Made by a program: the position numbers and the translations under genes
Part shown: one piece after another, positions 1 through 13,439 of the stretch
How positions within the stretch are numbered: the stretch's first letter is position 1
Layout of the letters: the number at the start of each line of letters is the position of its first letter
NCBI RefSeq assembly: GCF_018977255.1
Contig: NW_024704742.1
Span: 49,044,001 to 49,108,000, forward strand
Direction: 5' to 3'
From: Callorhinchus milii
Lineage: Eukaryota
Length of the DNA: 64,000 bases
The notes under the pieces: generated by a model
Databases searched by the model: none
What the model was told of the DNA's origin: nothing
What the model saw: the letters and a program-made list of their open reading frames with translations, nothing else

Positions 1-192
1 AAAGACCATCTAGTTTGTCTTCCACCTTCCTGGCGGTCTCATGCACATATGTCCTGAACTACCTATGTACTGTATCCCATAATGTTATTTCCTAAAAGAA
101 AACTATCTAATCTGTGTTTGAAAGAATCAACACTTCCTGCTTCAACCGTCTCCCTAGGAAGCCTGTTCCACAGGTTCACTAGTTGCTCACTA
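1..192 (-). mobile_element. CR1 3' fragment in the last SLC30A9 intron
   Basis: Nearly colinear with 38020-38200. Confidence 0.8.
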
Positions 193-663
193 TTATTTCA
201 TCTTTATGTAACTAATACTTGTGGTGCAGTGGATCAGTAACAAGTTATTTAACGTCTTGGAACTAGATTCAAATTCAATCAACTGATGCAATGGAAGTTC
301 TTGTCTAGCTTGTCTCTTAAGGATCTTTCATAAAATGAAACTTTAGTTCTGAAAGGTTGGATTATACTCAAATTCTAAGGTTTATCATTTGAAATATAAT
401 CTTTCTAAAGGGATACTTTCATTAAAACCTGGATATTGCATTAAATAATGCATTTACATTATTTAAGCATGATAGTGAAATTCCAATACATATTTTAGTT
501 GTGCAACATCATAGAATTTTTTGTTACCAGACTATAAATGAAGCTTTGATCTCTAAAATATGTTGGTAAGTATAATTCTTAAAATGCTCCTTTTGTGTGA
601 ATTAAGTTATTAAAATGATAAAAGTAGAATAAAAAATTCATAATATTATGTTTTTATTTTCAG

Positions 664-708
664 CAAAAGTATCCCGAAGTTCGCCACGTTGATTTAGAAA
701 TCTTATGA
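664..708 (+). CDS. SLC30A9: Terminal coding exon of zinc transporter ZnT9 (QKYPEVRHVDLEIL*)
   Basis: Acceptor tttttattttcag ends at 663, followed by 14 codons and TGA. PEVRHVDLEIL matches the vertebrate SLC30A9 C-terminus as I recall it. The tail-to-tail position with BEND4 matches known synteny. Confidence 0.93.
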   Translation, partial: QKYPEVRHVDLEIL

Positions 709-1296
709 TTTACTGTGGAAGTGAAGAAACCATTGATGTCTACTGAAGAACACCACAAAATAGATACACAACGTATAGCTATTATAATACCTAGCACAGT
801 CTTTTCAAAGCTGTTATCAGTTTTTTTCTCTAAATATTGTATTTAAAGACATTGAACAATGTGATATATGACAATGACGGCTTAGTGGATTGTTGTGCTA
901 TCAAGTAATCTCTTGTGGTGTAACTACCATATTACCTGGATGAAGAGCTACTCCTTTTGTAGGATATTGGCACTGGACCAATTTGGATTTGTGATGGTGG
1001 TGGGTTGTAAGGGAGGTGGAAAGATAGTAGTTATCTGCTTACAAATGGGGTTGATTGTATCACCTACTCAAGAGATGCAATCCTTATTGGTCTGCATGAG
1101 CTGTACTAGATAGAGCTGTCAAGATTCAAACCCTACACCATACGGATTCATTCTGTTCAGTCTTGCATATTGTGAGGTTAGAGTGTGATATCTGCACTGT
1201 GCAAAACAAATCTTTTATTTATGGGGCCATTTAAACTAATGGTATAGTAATCTGCAATGTTCTGACCAAACTTTTACAGAAGCTTTTGGGAGTGAC

Positions 1297-1317
1297 AATA
1301 AAACATTATTTAATAAA
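1297..1317 (+). terminator. Candidate SLC30A9 polyadenylation signals (AATAAA at 1297-1302 and 1312-1317)
   Basis: Tandem hexamers about 600 nt after the stop codon. The context is AT-rich, so chance matches are common. Confidence 0.3.
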
Positions 1318-2270
1318 ATGTCATTTTAATATATTTATTTAGAAAAAAAACTGAAATATCTTGAATAGAGTGAGGAAAAGAATACAAGAATACTTGTTTT
1401 AAAACTTGGCCAATAGTTATAATGCTAGTAAAGCTTCCATGGGCATGAGTAATTATTTTATAGCTGCTTAAATAGTAAGATTTAGTCAGAAGAATTTGAT
1501 GAGTGAAAAATGAAAAAAAATCACTTTGAGTGACTCTTTTTCTTTGGTTCATTCCTTATTTTACAAAGAATAATTTGTATATAATGATTATTATATATAA
1601 ATTGTTTAGGTGGGAAATTTAACAGCAGTGCTTCATGAAAAGAACTGCAGTTTTCCTCTTTGTCTTTGCACTTTTTTGGGGTGGTTGATATCCACAGAAA
1701 CACCAAAATCAGTGTTTTTTTTAGGAATAATAGGTATTAGATTAAAAAGCAACAAGCCTGGTGTTAGGATGTGGGAGTACACTGTTTACATGCAAAACAA
1801 GAAACGCGTTATTTCATTGGTCCATTGACCTTACAAAGTTAAATACCATGTCATTTTGAATTTCAATGTGGTATTGCTCTAGAAATGTATATAATAGTTT
1901 GATTCATAAATACAAAATGACTATTACATTACAAGCTGCACTAGAATCGTTACATTCCCCCACATAACATGCATGTTACAACTGACAGCCCAAAAACTGT
2001 TGTGAAGTGGTGAACATCTGGGATATTGTTTTTTTCACTGAATGCTGTTTTTTGGGGGTTTCCTAATCTCCATGAGTAAGAAACTAATCTAAGAGGCGGT
2101 GGCTCTGTGAGAAACCAACTGTCTGTTTAGACCTAGGACTTGAGTGCCAGAATAATAGTCTCCTTTCTGCAAGCTGAAGCGGGATCTACATAAAATGAAT
2201 TGAGTTGTCTTATTCCAGGTCGTAATGGCTATTGACCATTGGTAATAAAAACAGATAATATTTTGGCCAA

Positions 2271-2555
2271 TAGGATGTCTAGTGAGAATTGGTTAAAACA
2301 CTCACTCGCCTTGCAAGCGAGAGGACCAGGGTTCAATTCCTTGACAATGCAAAACCCTAAGCAATCCTAACTGCACAGCTCTGTTTACCCAGCAGTAAGT
2401 AGGAACCCGGTTCTTAGTCGATAAGCGGATTGCTTTCTGGGGGTAAAAAAATCAAAAAATAATTATTATTATTTGGTCATTCTATCCACATCTGCTCTTT
2501 GAGATGTCTCAACAACTTGATAAGGCATATATGAAATGCAATGATTATTATTATG
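2271..2555 (+). mobile_element. Family A SINE, long form with the Deu region deleted
   Basis: Head, internal segment and tail recognisable. Confidence 0.78.
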
Positions 2556-3853
2556 TTCTGTGCAGACTTCATTTTTTTTATCAACCTGATAAAGATGTTC
2601 TCACAGTATCATTAGCTTCATATGCAAGTAGTGCGAGAAGACTGGAATGTAAAGAATAGTGTCTTTAACTCAAGCTGTGCAGACTGATGGAAGGTTAGTC
2701 TTCTGTTTAGTTGTAAATATTTGTGATATATGATGCAAATACTGTAGCTGTTGCAGAATCATCCCATCCTAAACTTGCTGTAGTTAAATAGGATAGAAAA
2801 TAAAACTATTAATTAACTGAAAGTGTAGTCGACTTCATAGTGTAATAAATTAACTGATCTACCAAACCCTCAACAGTTGGGTAGATGTGTTACTAATAGT
2901 TGAAGAAGGAACCTGTGAAATGCTCAAGTCTTACAAAAAGATAATGGTGCTATCTAGTTTACATTTACTGCTTCATGTGAAGTTTTTAATGATCCATTAT
3001 ACAGGAGTACATGATTATGAAATTATTTTAGGCTATTGATTGCAAACATTTTTACAGTGCTTTCTCATCATTTGGCTAGTTAGCTGGAACAAAAAAAACA
3101 CTCCAGTATAGTCAGGTTCCACCTTTGATTTTCCCAAAGAATCTTTTCGATACATATTTGATTCGATTTTATTTTTTTGTATTCAAAGGTTTCTTTAGAA
3201 TTAGATAAGCATTCTCTTTTCAACTTAATATAGGCAAAATAGACTGGAATGAGGTTCACAGGAATATGCTTTTAAGGCAATAGTATAGTTGTGTAGCTTT
3301 TCATAGCTTAAAAAAATACATTTGTATAGCTGCTGTTACGTCAGGAGGATGTCCCAAGGCTTTGGAGAGTCAGTGTTTTGGATAAAAAAGTGGCGTTTGG
3401 CAAACCTTCTTGTGTTTTGATGCTTCAATTAGTGCCGTGCCAAGCCATGGATCATTTCCAATGATACTATTGGGCACTGTTCTCTCTTTTTCTCCACTGT
3501 ATCTAGAGAAAGGAAATAAATCCATTTAGAACCACAGAAATTCACAGCAAATCCTGTTAAGAGGCAGTCTTACTGCACTATCCATAGAAAAAGTTAAATG
3601 GCAATAGAACTATTGGACATGTAGGGGTTTTATTCTCCCTTTCTGCAGGAAAGTATCTGCACGTGGCAACAAATGGTCGATAAATTTACTGGCTTAAATT
3701 CTAGGTGTAGATCCACACTTTTAACTAAAGAATATTGAAACATTTATAGATCTAAAGCAAGACACTGGAATTGTATTTTTTTTAAAAAAACAAAGCTTGA
3801 GTAATACTGGTAAAGGAGTGAAAAAAAACTTTTTTTTTCTGTTTTTCATCCCA

Positions 3854-3967
3854 CACTATCTACCAGGATAACAACTCAGATTGAGATCTTCGGTTATTTG
3901 GTTTACTTTTCAGGTAATTTGATGTAACCGAAGATCTCAATTTGAGTTGTTATCCTGGTAGATAGTG
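3854..3967. repeat. Inverted repeat with 43-bp arms and a 28-nt loop
   Basis: 3854-3896 is the reverse complement of 3925-3967 except at one position. Confidence 0.95.
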
Positions 3968-5583
3968 GACAACGTGGAAAGTTAAAGAGATTCTGTTTTA
4001 GGTTAAGCAATGTTGGGAGAGGTCAGAATGGTTCCTCAGTTCTTAATGCACCACCACTTAATTTCAGTGGATACAAACTGGATTCCCCAGAAATCATTCC
4101 TCCTTAATAATCACAGAATAACTCACATCAACAATTTCCTCAGATTTCAAAACTGGTAATATTTCTGCAATTATTTAAGGTGTGAGGAATAATTTCAGAT
4201 TTAATTTCCTGCAAATGATGGAATTATTCATCAAACCACTGTTATCCTAGGTATTTGCATACTGTATATTATGTTTTATATTGATATTTGTTTCTATTGG
4301 CAGTTTTGTCTCAGTTTGACATAACATTCTGTGGGTCTGTTGCACTCTTATTTAATGTAGATGTAATGTACTAGGCCTGTCTTTACACCTAAACTGAAAA
4401 ATTAATTGCTCTGATGGGAATATCAGTGTTATTTTTCAAGGTGTGCAGTGAAATTGAATTTATAAAATTGATTCTTTAAAAATTGGATTTAGTAAAGTTT
4501 AAATAAATAGTGATGTATTTAATCAACATTGTATATGCAATTAAAGACAGTGATTAAAATCTAGATAATTGTGAACCTAATGATTCTCAAAATGTTTTCC
4601 AAAGTCATTTAAATGTTGGATTAATTAGGCAACATTTCTTTGTTTTATTTCATCAAACCGTATTTGTTTTATCTAACAGTATTTTGTTGCCCTCTGCCGA
4701 ATCTTCTTGTTCCCCAAACACTTGCACAGTTATATAATTGAAAGCTCTCCTACCTAGGTTTGCCTGGAATTTTCACTTCTCCTCAGTACCATACCCTGTG
4801 CTGCAACCACACTATATTCTGCAAGTATAACATTTTTAAAGTATTTCTACATTTTCCTTTGGTCTGACTTATACATGGAAATTTCCCTGTGTCTGGAATG
4901 GAATTCACACTGTCTCCCTGAAGGGACGCACCCTGCAAAATCCAAGCCATGGAGATATTGAGTTTTGCTGGAGTTTAACCAGCTAAAACCGGACAGCTTG
5001 CCATTGAGTACACAGTGGCAAGTTGCATTTGTTCAGCCTAGCAAGGTCCATGCTACCTGTTAGGTCTTAGCTTGGAGGGTTAACAGAAGCTGAGTGGGAA
5101 GAATCCCTACCCTCCAATCCTGCCGTTGAACCAGGCTGGCTAGTCTGCCTCAGCAAGTACAGTGATGGTTCCTGGAGTACTGCGGCCTGGCTCAAGAATC
5201 GGACTACCAAGTCCGCCATAGGCAGTTGACTTAATTCCAACATTACATTGACAAGCACATCACCTTGGAGTTCGCTTTGTTTCAAGGAGAGCCTGCTTAC
5301 CTCCCTGCAAAGAAGAGTCTGCATCTACAACTGATGATGACATGCATGTCCATGATTTTTATTTAGACGTTGATGCTTTTCCAATGCTTAAAATGGTTAA
5401 ATATTTCAATCAAGTATCCATTTGTCTGATTTTCTTACTTGCCCCAAAACCTTCTTTTGGACACTTGGTGACATACTTTTAAAGAGACATCGAATTCATC
5501 GAGTACGATGAGTTGCCTGCTTGTAAGTGATTGATTTTGTGCCTTTTTGTTGCAAATTTCTCGAATGAATTTCCTTCCCATTC

Positions 5584-5896
5584 GGAGTCCTGTAGCTCAG
5601 TGGTTAGAGCACTCACTTTGCAAGTGAGATACCTGAGTTCAATTCCAGGCAGGGCGAAACCTTGGGGGAGTTTCCTTACTCCACACGCCTAATAATAATC
5701 CCTCCAAAACCAAAAACAATAATAAATTGGTCATTTTCAATCTACGACTGTTTGTGGGACATTGCTGTGCGCAATTGGTTGCTGCGTTCGCCCACAAATA
5801 TACAGTCAGTTCACTTTACATCGTGTTCTGTGAAGCGCTTTGGGACGTCCTCCCGACGTGAAAAGCGCTATATCAAATCCAAGAATTATTATTATT
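5584..5896 (+). mobile_element. Family A SINE, short form: tRNA(Ala-like) head, Deu domain, L2-like tail, (TTA)n
   Basis: A box tagctcagtggttagagc, B box gagttcaattcc, Deu core gtttgtgggacattgctgtgcgcaattgg, tail gtgaaaagcgctatatcaaat. Confidence 0.92.
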
Positions 5897-6855
5897 AGAG
5901 TGAAAATTATGCACAACAAATCTAAATTTGTCAAATTGTGCTGCTGGGTTTGCCAACAAATACATAGTAACTCCATTTACAGTAATTCCTGTGAAGCGCT
6001 TTGGGACAACCCTTCTTGTGTTGTAAGGCGCTGTATCAAATGCAAGTTTATTATATTTTTGGAATCACTACAGTCGCTTCCCACCTCGTTCCATCTAATG
6101 CTTATTTTCTTATGACATGCATTTCAAATGTTAGCCATCTTCATTACTGGAATTTTTTTTCTTCAAAGTTGATAAGCTTGGGATGGCAATGCAGTCTTGG
6201 TACCTTAGAAACTATTTTTTTAATCTCCGACCAGGCCTTTGGTCAACATCTTTAAAGCTCTCTGTTTACAAGAACTTTTTACATGAATGATAGCACACGC
6301 TCAATAAACTAAAAGTATTACTGTAGAAGACCAGTAACTTGTATCCTGTTGCATTTATAATAAAAAATGTTCAAATTAGCTTTGCTTTTTACTGACAGTG
6401 AACGTTATTCTGAGCCTATTTTATATTTCAGTTGAGCAATTAGTTTAAAGAAAGATATAAAGACATATAAATATGTCAATCTGAATCATGAATAATAGAG
6501 AATAGTTTTGAAAACAATCCAGAACGCTCATAATATTCATACCTTGTCTCATTGTAGCACATGTATAAATCGGGAATAAATTCACAAAGGCCTGCATGGA
6601 TATTGCCTAATGACTTTTCACATATGCAATTCAACTGTTTTTCTTGGTTATTTCAGAAACTATATGAAATTGTGATTTTGAGTCCGTACTTGATCATCAC
6701 ATTTGTAAATGATGCATTTTGTATAATGCTGAAATCTGCTTGCCACAAATATCAGTTTGCCATGCTGGGATGAGGATACATAGAAGGATATAATTAACAT
6801 TTTGCTAAATAAGGCTCTTTTTCAAGCCAAAATATAAAAGCCTATTGCCGTTTGT

Positions 6856-7593
6856 ATAATAATAATAATCCTTGCATTTGATATCCCACTATATTACACA
6901 TCTCAAAGTGATTCATAGAATTTCAGTAAAGCAGTGACTGAGTATTTGAAGGTGAGCACAGTAATTTCCCACAAATAGCCATGAAATGAATAATCATTTT
7001 TTTCATGTGGTGGATTGTTAGCTATGACTTGGGAGGAATTATTTTCTCTTTTCAAATTGTGTATTGGGATCTTTAGCATCTCAACAGACAGACAGACCTT
7101 ATCTTGTGGAGTCCTGTAGGTCAGTGGTAGAGCACTCGCTTTGCAAGTGAGAGACCTGAGTTCAATTCCAGGCAGAGGGCGAAACCTTTGGCAAGTTTCC
7201 TTACTCCACACAGAGCCTAATAATAATCCCTCCAAAACCAAAAACAATAATAAATTGGTCATTTTCAATCTACGACTGTTTGTGGGACATTGCTGTGCGC
7301 AATTGGCTGCCGTGTTCGCCCACAAATATACAGTCAATTCACTTTACAGTGTGTTCTGTGAAGCGCTTTGGGACGTCCTCCTGACGTGAAAAGCGCTATA
7401 TCAAATGCAAGGATTAATATTATTATCTCAGTTTAACAACTCATCTGAAAGACAGCACCTCTGATGATTTTGAATTCCCTTAGCACTGCATTAAAGTGTC
7501 AACCTCGGCTATGAGTTCAAAGTGCTGATATATAGCTTGTACTCACAAACTTCTAACTCAGAGGCAAGGATGCTACCAACGAGCCAGGCTGAC
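6856..7593 (-). mobile_element. Family B Deu-SINE (SacSINE1-like), interrupted by a family A copy
   Basis: Head gtcagcctggctc.ttggtagca..cttgcctctgagt, body gctgtctttcagatgag..gttaaac, Deu domain and tail on the other side of the insert. Confidence 0.8.
7105..7422 (+). mobile_element. Family A SINE, short form, nested in a family B SINE
   Basis: Nearly identical to the 5584 and 60670 copies. TTATCT direct repeat at 7099-7104 and 7423-7428. Confidence 0.92.
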
Positions 7594-7909
7594 GCCTTTT
7601 AAAGTCTAAATGTGATAATTTCAGTAAAAATAGCATTTTGGCATGGTGCTGTACAAAAATAACAGATCATACAGCATATTCTTGTGTGACATTCAATGTT
7701 TCCTGCTGACTTTACCCATCTGGTTATCAGTTTTGCACAAAGAGAGTCTCATCTGTGTCCTTCTAAAAGTGAAGCTGTTGAAAAGAATTCTGATTAATCT
7801 CAACATTATGTTCCAGCTATTTAGTTAAAATTGTATGTGAAAAATGACAATTTCACTGAGTCTGCTACTTCTAGAGAGATGTAATAACTAATATAGTTGA
7901 AATGGCCAG

Positions 7910-8512
7910 TTATAGTTGAAGGCCTGTGGATTAGTTCTTTCTTGGAAGTCAGAATGTTGTGGTTTCAAACCCCACCAAGGCTTTGACCTAATGGTCTCGG
8001 CTGATAGCGTGTTGCATTGTGCGAGGAGCCGTTCCTCAGATAACATGTTAAACCAAGGCCCCATTTGCCTGTTTGGGTGGATGTTAAACTTTAAGATACC
8101 ACAACACTATTCAAAATGAGAAGGGAGTTTCCCCCGATGGCAAGGCCAGCAATCCCCCATCTACAACAACAAGATTGCATTTATGGATTGCCTTTCACGT
8201 CGGGAGGCCGTCCCAAGATGCTGGACAGTTGGGTCGGGACCCGAGCAGAGGGGGAAATAGTCAGGGTGAGGGGAAGGAAGGGAGGGAGCGAGGAGGGGGT
8301 AGAGAGTCGAGAGGGGATGGCAGACTAATCTCTTAAAGAAATCTAAAACTGATCATTCATTTAATGGCTATTTGTAGGACGTTTCTGTGCACAAATTGGC
8401 TGCTGCATTTGCCTTCAAAATATGGTCACGACATTCTATAGTAAATCCAGTGTTTTAAGTGCTTTAAGGTTTTATCTTGACATGAAAGGCAATATATCAA
8501 ATGCAAGGATCT
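7910..8512 (+). mobile_element. Family B Deu-SINE interrupted by an L2 3' fragment
   Basis: Head and body at 7910-8160; Deu domain and tail at 8345-8512. Confidence 0.75.
8163..8318 (-). mobile_element. L2 3'-end fragment inserted in a Deu-SINE
   Basis: Reverse complement of the 42215-42365 tail (acaacaacaagattgcattta...tttcacgtcgggagg). Confidence 0.8.
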
Positions 8513-11500
8513 TTTTTTTATTTATTATTACTTCAGATCCAGTACTGTCCAGTGTAGCTTTACTGGACCATCATATTTCCTTCCCTATGATATTATGACT
8601 GATTACAAATTTTTTTTAGATCTATAGTTTTACTTGGAAGTGGAGAGTTTATTTGTTTTCTATGGGAGTATTGATTTTTTAAAAAATAAAATGAGAATTT
8701 AAAGTGACGTATTTAGATTGTGTGCATTTCTTTAAATGATACTTAAAATTATTCAAGGATTGGTGGAGGAATACTTATCTTAGAATGGATGGCAGACTAA
8801 TTTCTTAAAGAAATCTTTATTGAAGTATATCTGCCAAAACTCAGAGCACCCACTGCTCAGGTTTTTCTCCTCTACTCCATAACCATAATTCTAGTAGTTA
8901 ATAAACAGTCAGAAATGATGCCAAGAATAATTATGATGTAGTAGGGCAGAGAATATTTAATTAATGTTCAAATAGATTTATGCTTTTGGCTTTGTACTGA
9001 ATATGTTAAATATGATCTATGGGTTAAATAAAATCACAAGACATGGTTAAATTTTATCCGTTTATAATTCATGTTGCTTTATGTACAAAGTCGCACCAAA
9101 TAAAATAGGTTAGACATTTTTTTAAATGTGAAATTTATATCGCGGTGATGGAAGAAATTTAACTGGTAATAACAGTCTGTTCTACATCCCAGGAACCCAT
9201 TAGGTGGATATTGTATTTACTGCAGCTGTGCAAGGTGAGTGTAAGCTGCAGCAAAGCCTTCACAATAGCACAGAAGGAGTCTGTTAAATGGCACATTAGC
9301 CTTTTAGAAAGAGGGGTCACAGCTTTGTGCATCAAAAAGATCCAATAAAATAACTTCTTGCCAGTGACTTGGATTACCATAAGATAAGAAATGTTATAGT
9401 TCAGTAAGTTTTACGTTATAACATTCACCCTTAAAAAGCAGTCGAATTACTTGAACAGATATGTAATAGGAAAAATGTTCTTTTTTTTAAATCAACAAAG
9501 CAATGGAGTGTAATTGGATATGAAAGTGTATTTTGTATAAGCAGAGAATTGTATGGTACTTTAAGGCTCTACGTGTACTTCTTACTTTCCAAATGTCACT
9601 TATACAATATAATCTAAAGTTATTCAATTTCTTAGAGTATGAAGATTAGAGGTAAAGAAAGTAAGTAAACAGGGAGGGAAAAAACTAGTGCGGAATGCAA
9701 ACCTTTTCAATTCCATGTTCAAGTTAAATAGCATAATTTCACAATAAAATGATTGGTAAAATTCATCACAACTGCTAATTGGACAGATGTGAAGACAAGC
9801 ATTGCTGGTGACTTATTACAACTTTTAAGATGATATAACTATAAAATGTAATGATTCTAAGATGTCAAATGAGAATCTGATATAAATACATGATAGGACA
9901 GTGATAGATACCTGTAGATACATTTTATTGTATGTTGCTGGTATCAAGCCAGCAACCTGAGAAAGTAGGAACTACATTTAGACATATACACACATTTTGA
10001 AAATAAAAAGCAGATAATTGACGTATAACAAAAAGTCTCTGTTGCAAATTAGTGCACACTTTTTAAAGACAGAGAGAAGTACACTTGTGAAAATGCTAAC
10101 GTGTTACTACTCCTTCACAACAAAACGGGTTATTATATAGGTTTAATTTTCACTGCACTGAACAGTCACTCTTGACGCCGCATAAGACACAGGAAACAGT
10201 GCTCAACCTGAATGCTTAGAAATTATCCCACAGGTGATATTTCTTACCTAACTTGGGGGAGGTCAACATGTCTGAAAGAGTGATCAAATGGGAAAGGGGT
10301 GGAGTCAATAACATGATGATGCCTGATGTATTGGTTTTCAAAATTTATTGAAATCCATTTCATTGTTTAGGTGATGATTTCTTAATTTACCCTAAGTCCA
10401 GAGACGTAGAGCAATATTTAGGGCATTGTTATCTGCCCAGAAATCGCCTGTCAACCTGTGCAAATTAGCATGCATCTTGCAGGCTTGTGGAGAAGTCAGT
10501 TTCGGGTGTGACTGAAAAGCAGCAGCCTACTTGGAAGCAAAACAACTGCAAAAGCTGTAGTCAGATACCGAACTATGAGTTGGTTAAAAAAATGTGCACT
10601 GCTGCGGGTCCCTAAATGTACAGTTTCTTTAAAAAAAAGTAGTTTTAAATTAAGCATTGAAATAATGGTTCACAGTGAACAGGTTTGATTTCTCATTGGT
10701 TTTGAGTCAGTTGATCTCTCTTGGTGTGGTGATGGGATTGGTACGATAGGCTTCAGGGCTCCTGGAATATAGAGGAGAAAAACAAGCCATAATCTCTAAT
10801 TTTGGATCAACCTTTTTTTGCAGACGACAGTATCAGACAAGTGCAAAGCGCTCTGGGACGCTATTCTGCCTAAGGAGACCTATATACATGCAAGTTGTTG
10901 TTGTTGGTTGTGAATTTCAATGAGTTAGTCTTACTCTGCAGACTCACGTGCAGAACGGCACGAGTACCAGGAAGGACCATTTCACTATGACTCCTATGAG
11001 AAGGGAAGATGGGGAGAAATATCTGTTAGTCAAAAGGGATGAAATAATATTGCACAAAATCACCAATAATATCTTAATGATCTGATCAAAAATAAACCTG
11101 GCAGTAGTTTGTTGTCTCTTTCATTTAAATGGGTGCAATTGGACTTATTTATAACTACTATACCATTTCTTACAAGGTCAAGTAGTATCGCTGATGTCAG
11201 GCCTCAGGTCTGTCCTGTGTAATTATTTATTTGTTATGTTGCAAACATTAACACAAACAATACCACCAGCTTTAACCTTAAGCCTAAACAAAACCAATGA
11301 AATTGGTCATTCCTTCCCATGGTTTGTTTGTGGAACATTGTTGTACAAATTGGCTGCTGTGTTTATAAACACACAGTCCACTACACTTCATTGTAAAAAT
11401 CCTGTGAATGCTTTGTAAGGTCTTAATAATGTGATACCAACAAATTGCATTTGTATAGCACCTTTCAAGTTGGGAGGATGTCACAGGGTGCTGATAAGGC

Positions 11501-13181
11501 CCTAGAAAAAAATACAAGGATTACTATTATAATATTTCTATCAGTCCTTGGTAGAAAGAGGTCTTTATCATTGTGTTCCAACAAGAGAGAAGTTGGTAAG
11601 TTTACAGACCTTTAAACTTAAATTTAAACTTTCATCACAAAGGACAATATATTTACAGACCAGTGCAGTATAAGATATTGTTGCCTATTAAAATCTGCAA
11701 ACATACTTTCCTTCAAATTATTGCCCTCTTGCATTTTAAAATAAAAGTACTGTTTACCAATTAAGGTATTAAAATATAGGGACCAATGCATGATGTCAGG
11801 CAGGAACCACTTTTAGATACACTATATTCTAGTGGTGGGGGTACATTTTTCTGTTCTGAAGTGTGTATTTGATCTGTGAGAAATGCCTTCTGCATCTGCT
11901 CTTCCTTTGCACTTAAGTATTTTTTCCACTCTCTTCAAGTTATTTTTGTCAGGTAGCATAACCTCTCCATCATTGATCATCTGTTTTGAAGCTTTGCGTG
12001 GATGGCTACCCTTTCTGATTTAGTGTTCACTGAATTGTTTTTGATTTTAAAAAAGATTAACAATGGTTTAGAGAAACCAATCACATTGTTGACAATGGGA
12101 AATGCTTTGTCATTTTGTCGTCACAGGTGTCAGTTTAGATGAGAAATACCTCCTATGGGATAAAATAATCATTGTTTGCCTTTTAAAATTTATTTTGCTT
12201 GATAAAAGTACTTTTAATACAGGTACTACACACACACCACAACATTCACCTTGAATGCACTTGTATATGTGGACAGAAGGTATTCAATCAAAGTGCAATA
12301 TAACCATGGTCTGCATCTGAGATTCCGGGCGGGCATGGGAGCATTTTCAAAGGAATTCTAAGTCAATGCTTGTTTTCTGCCCGCAATTTGTTTTCTGTCA
12401 TTGGTATCAATTGAAACATCATATTTCTTCTCAATTCCACAAAAGGAGGGCTCCATTTCTGAACTGTTACCAGGCACCAATTAATATTGCAATCAGAAAG
12501 TATTAAATGTCTGGAGAAAATATGTATTTTTATGCACTACAAAAGCTGGCCAAATTCAAATTATATTACTGCAAGTGGTGTAAAACACCATCACAACTAT
12601 AAAGCCAATTCCAATTTTGAAGCCTTGTTCGATAAATCAATTCAACTGAACAGCTATAAGAGCTCCATAAAATGTTTCAGTTTATATGCAAGTTGGTTGA
12701 TGCTCAAATACCCATATGGTCATATTCTCAATACTTTGGTCATTTTAGCTTTCAGAATATAACAAATTTGTATGCAGCTGTTGTAATAAATTCTGCACAA
12801 TAATACTTTATGAAAATTTGGAATTTTAGTTCAACGGCCATTTCTGGCATACTTTGGCTGGATGTTGTCAATGTAATATTTAATTGCATTGTTTAAAATT
12901 GGGCAGATTGAGTGAAATTCCTCAATCCCAAGGCTGGGGATAGCAATTGGGGTGTCTAGAAAAATGGATATTAACCAAATTAATCACAGTCACACCAGGT
13001 TAACCTCTGAGGTCACGTTTGGTATATCTTCTGTAGGAAATGTTATTTCAGCTAAACATTCTAATTTAAAATCAATTTGTATCATATCTAGTTGGTGTCA
13101 ACACCAATACACCCATAGATTAATATACATTCATTTTCTACAACAAAGTGGCAGTTCTGGAGCAGTGGAACTGTTGTCCAT

Positions 13182-13439
<258 letters not shown>

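Noticed and set aside
2090..2270. Possible LF-SINE-like ancient remnant (also ~220-370)
   Set aside because: Only patchy resemblance by eye; not alignable with confidence.
9000..13181. Exact extent of the BEND4 3'UTR and its polyA site
   Set aside because: There are several possible hexamers in AT-rich DNA; this cannot be resolved without transcript data.
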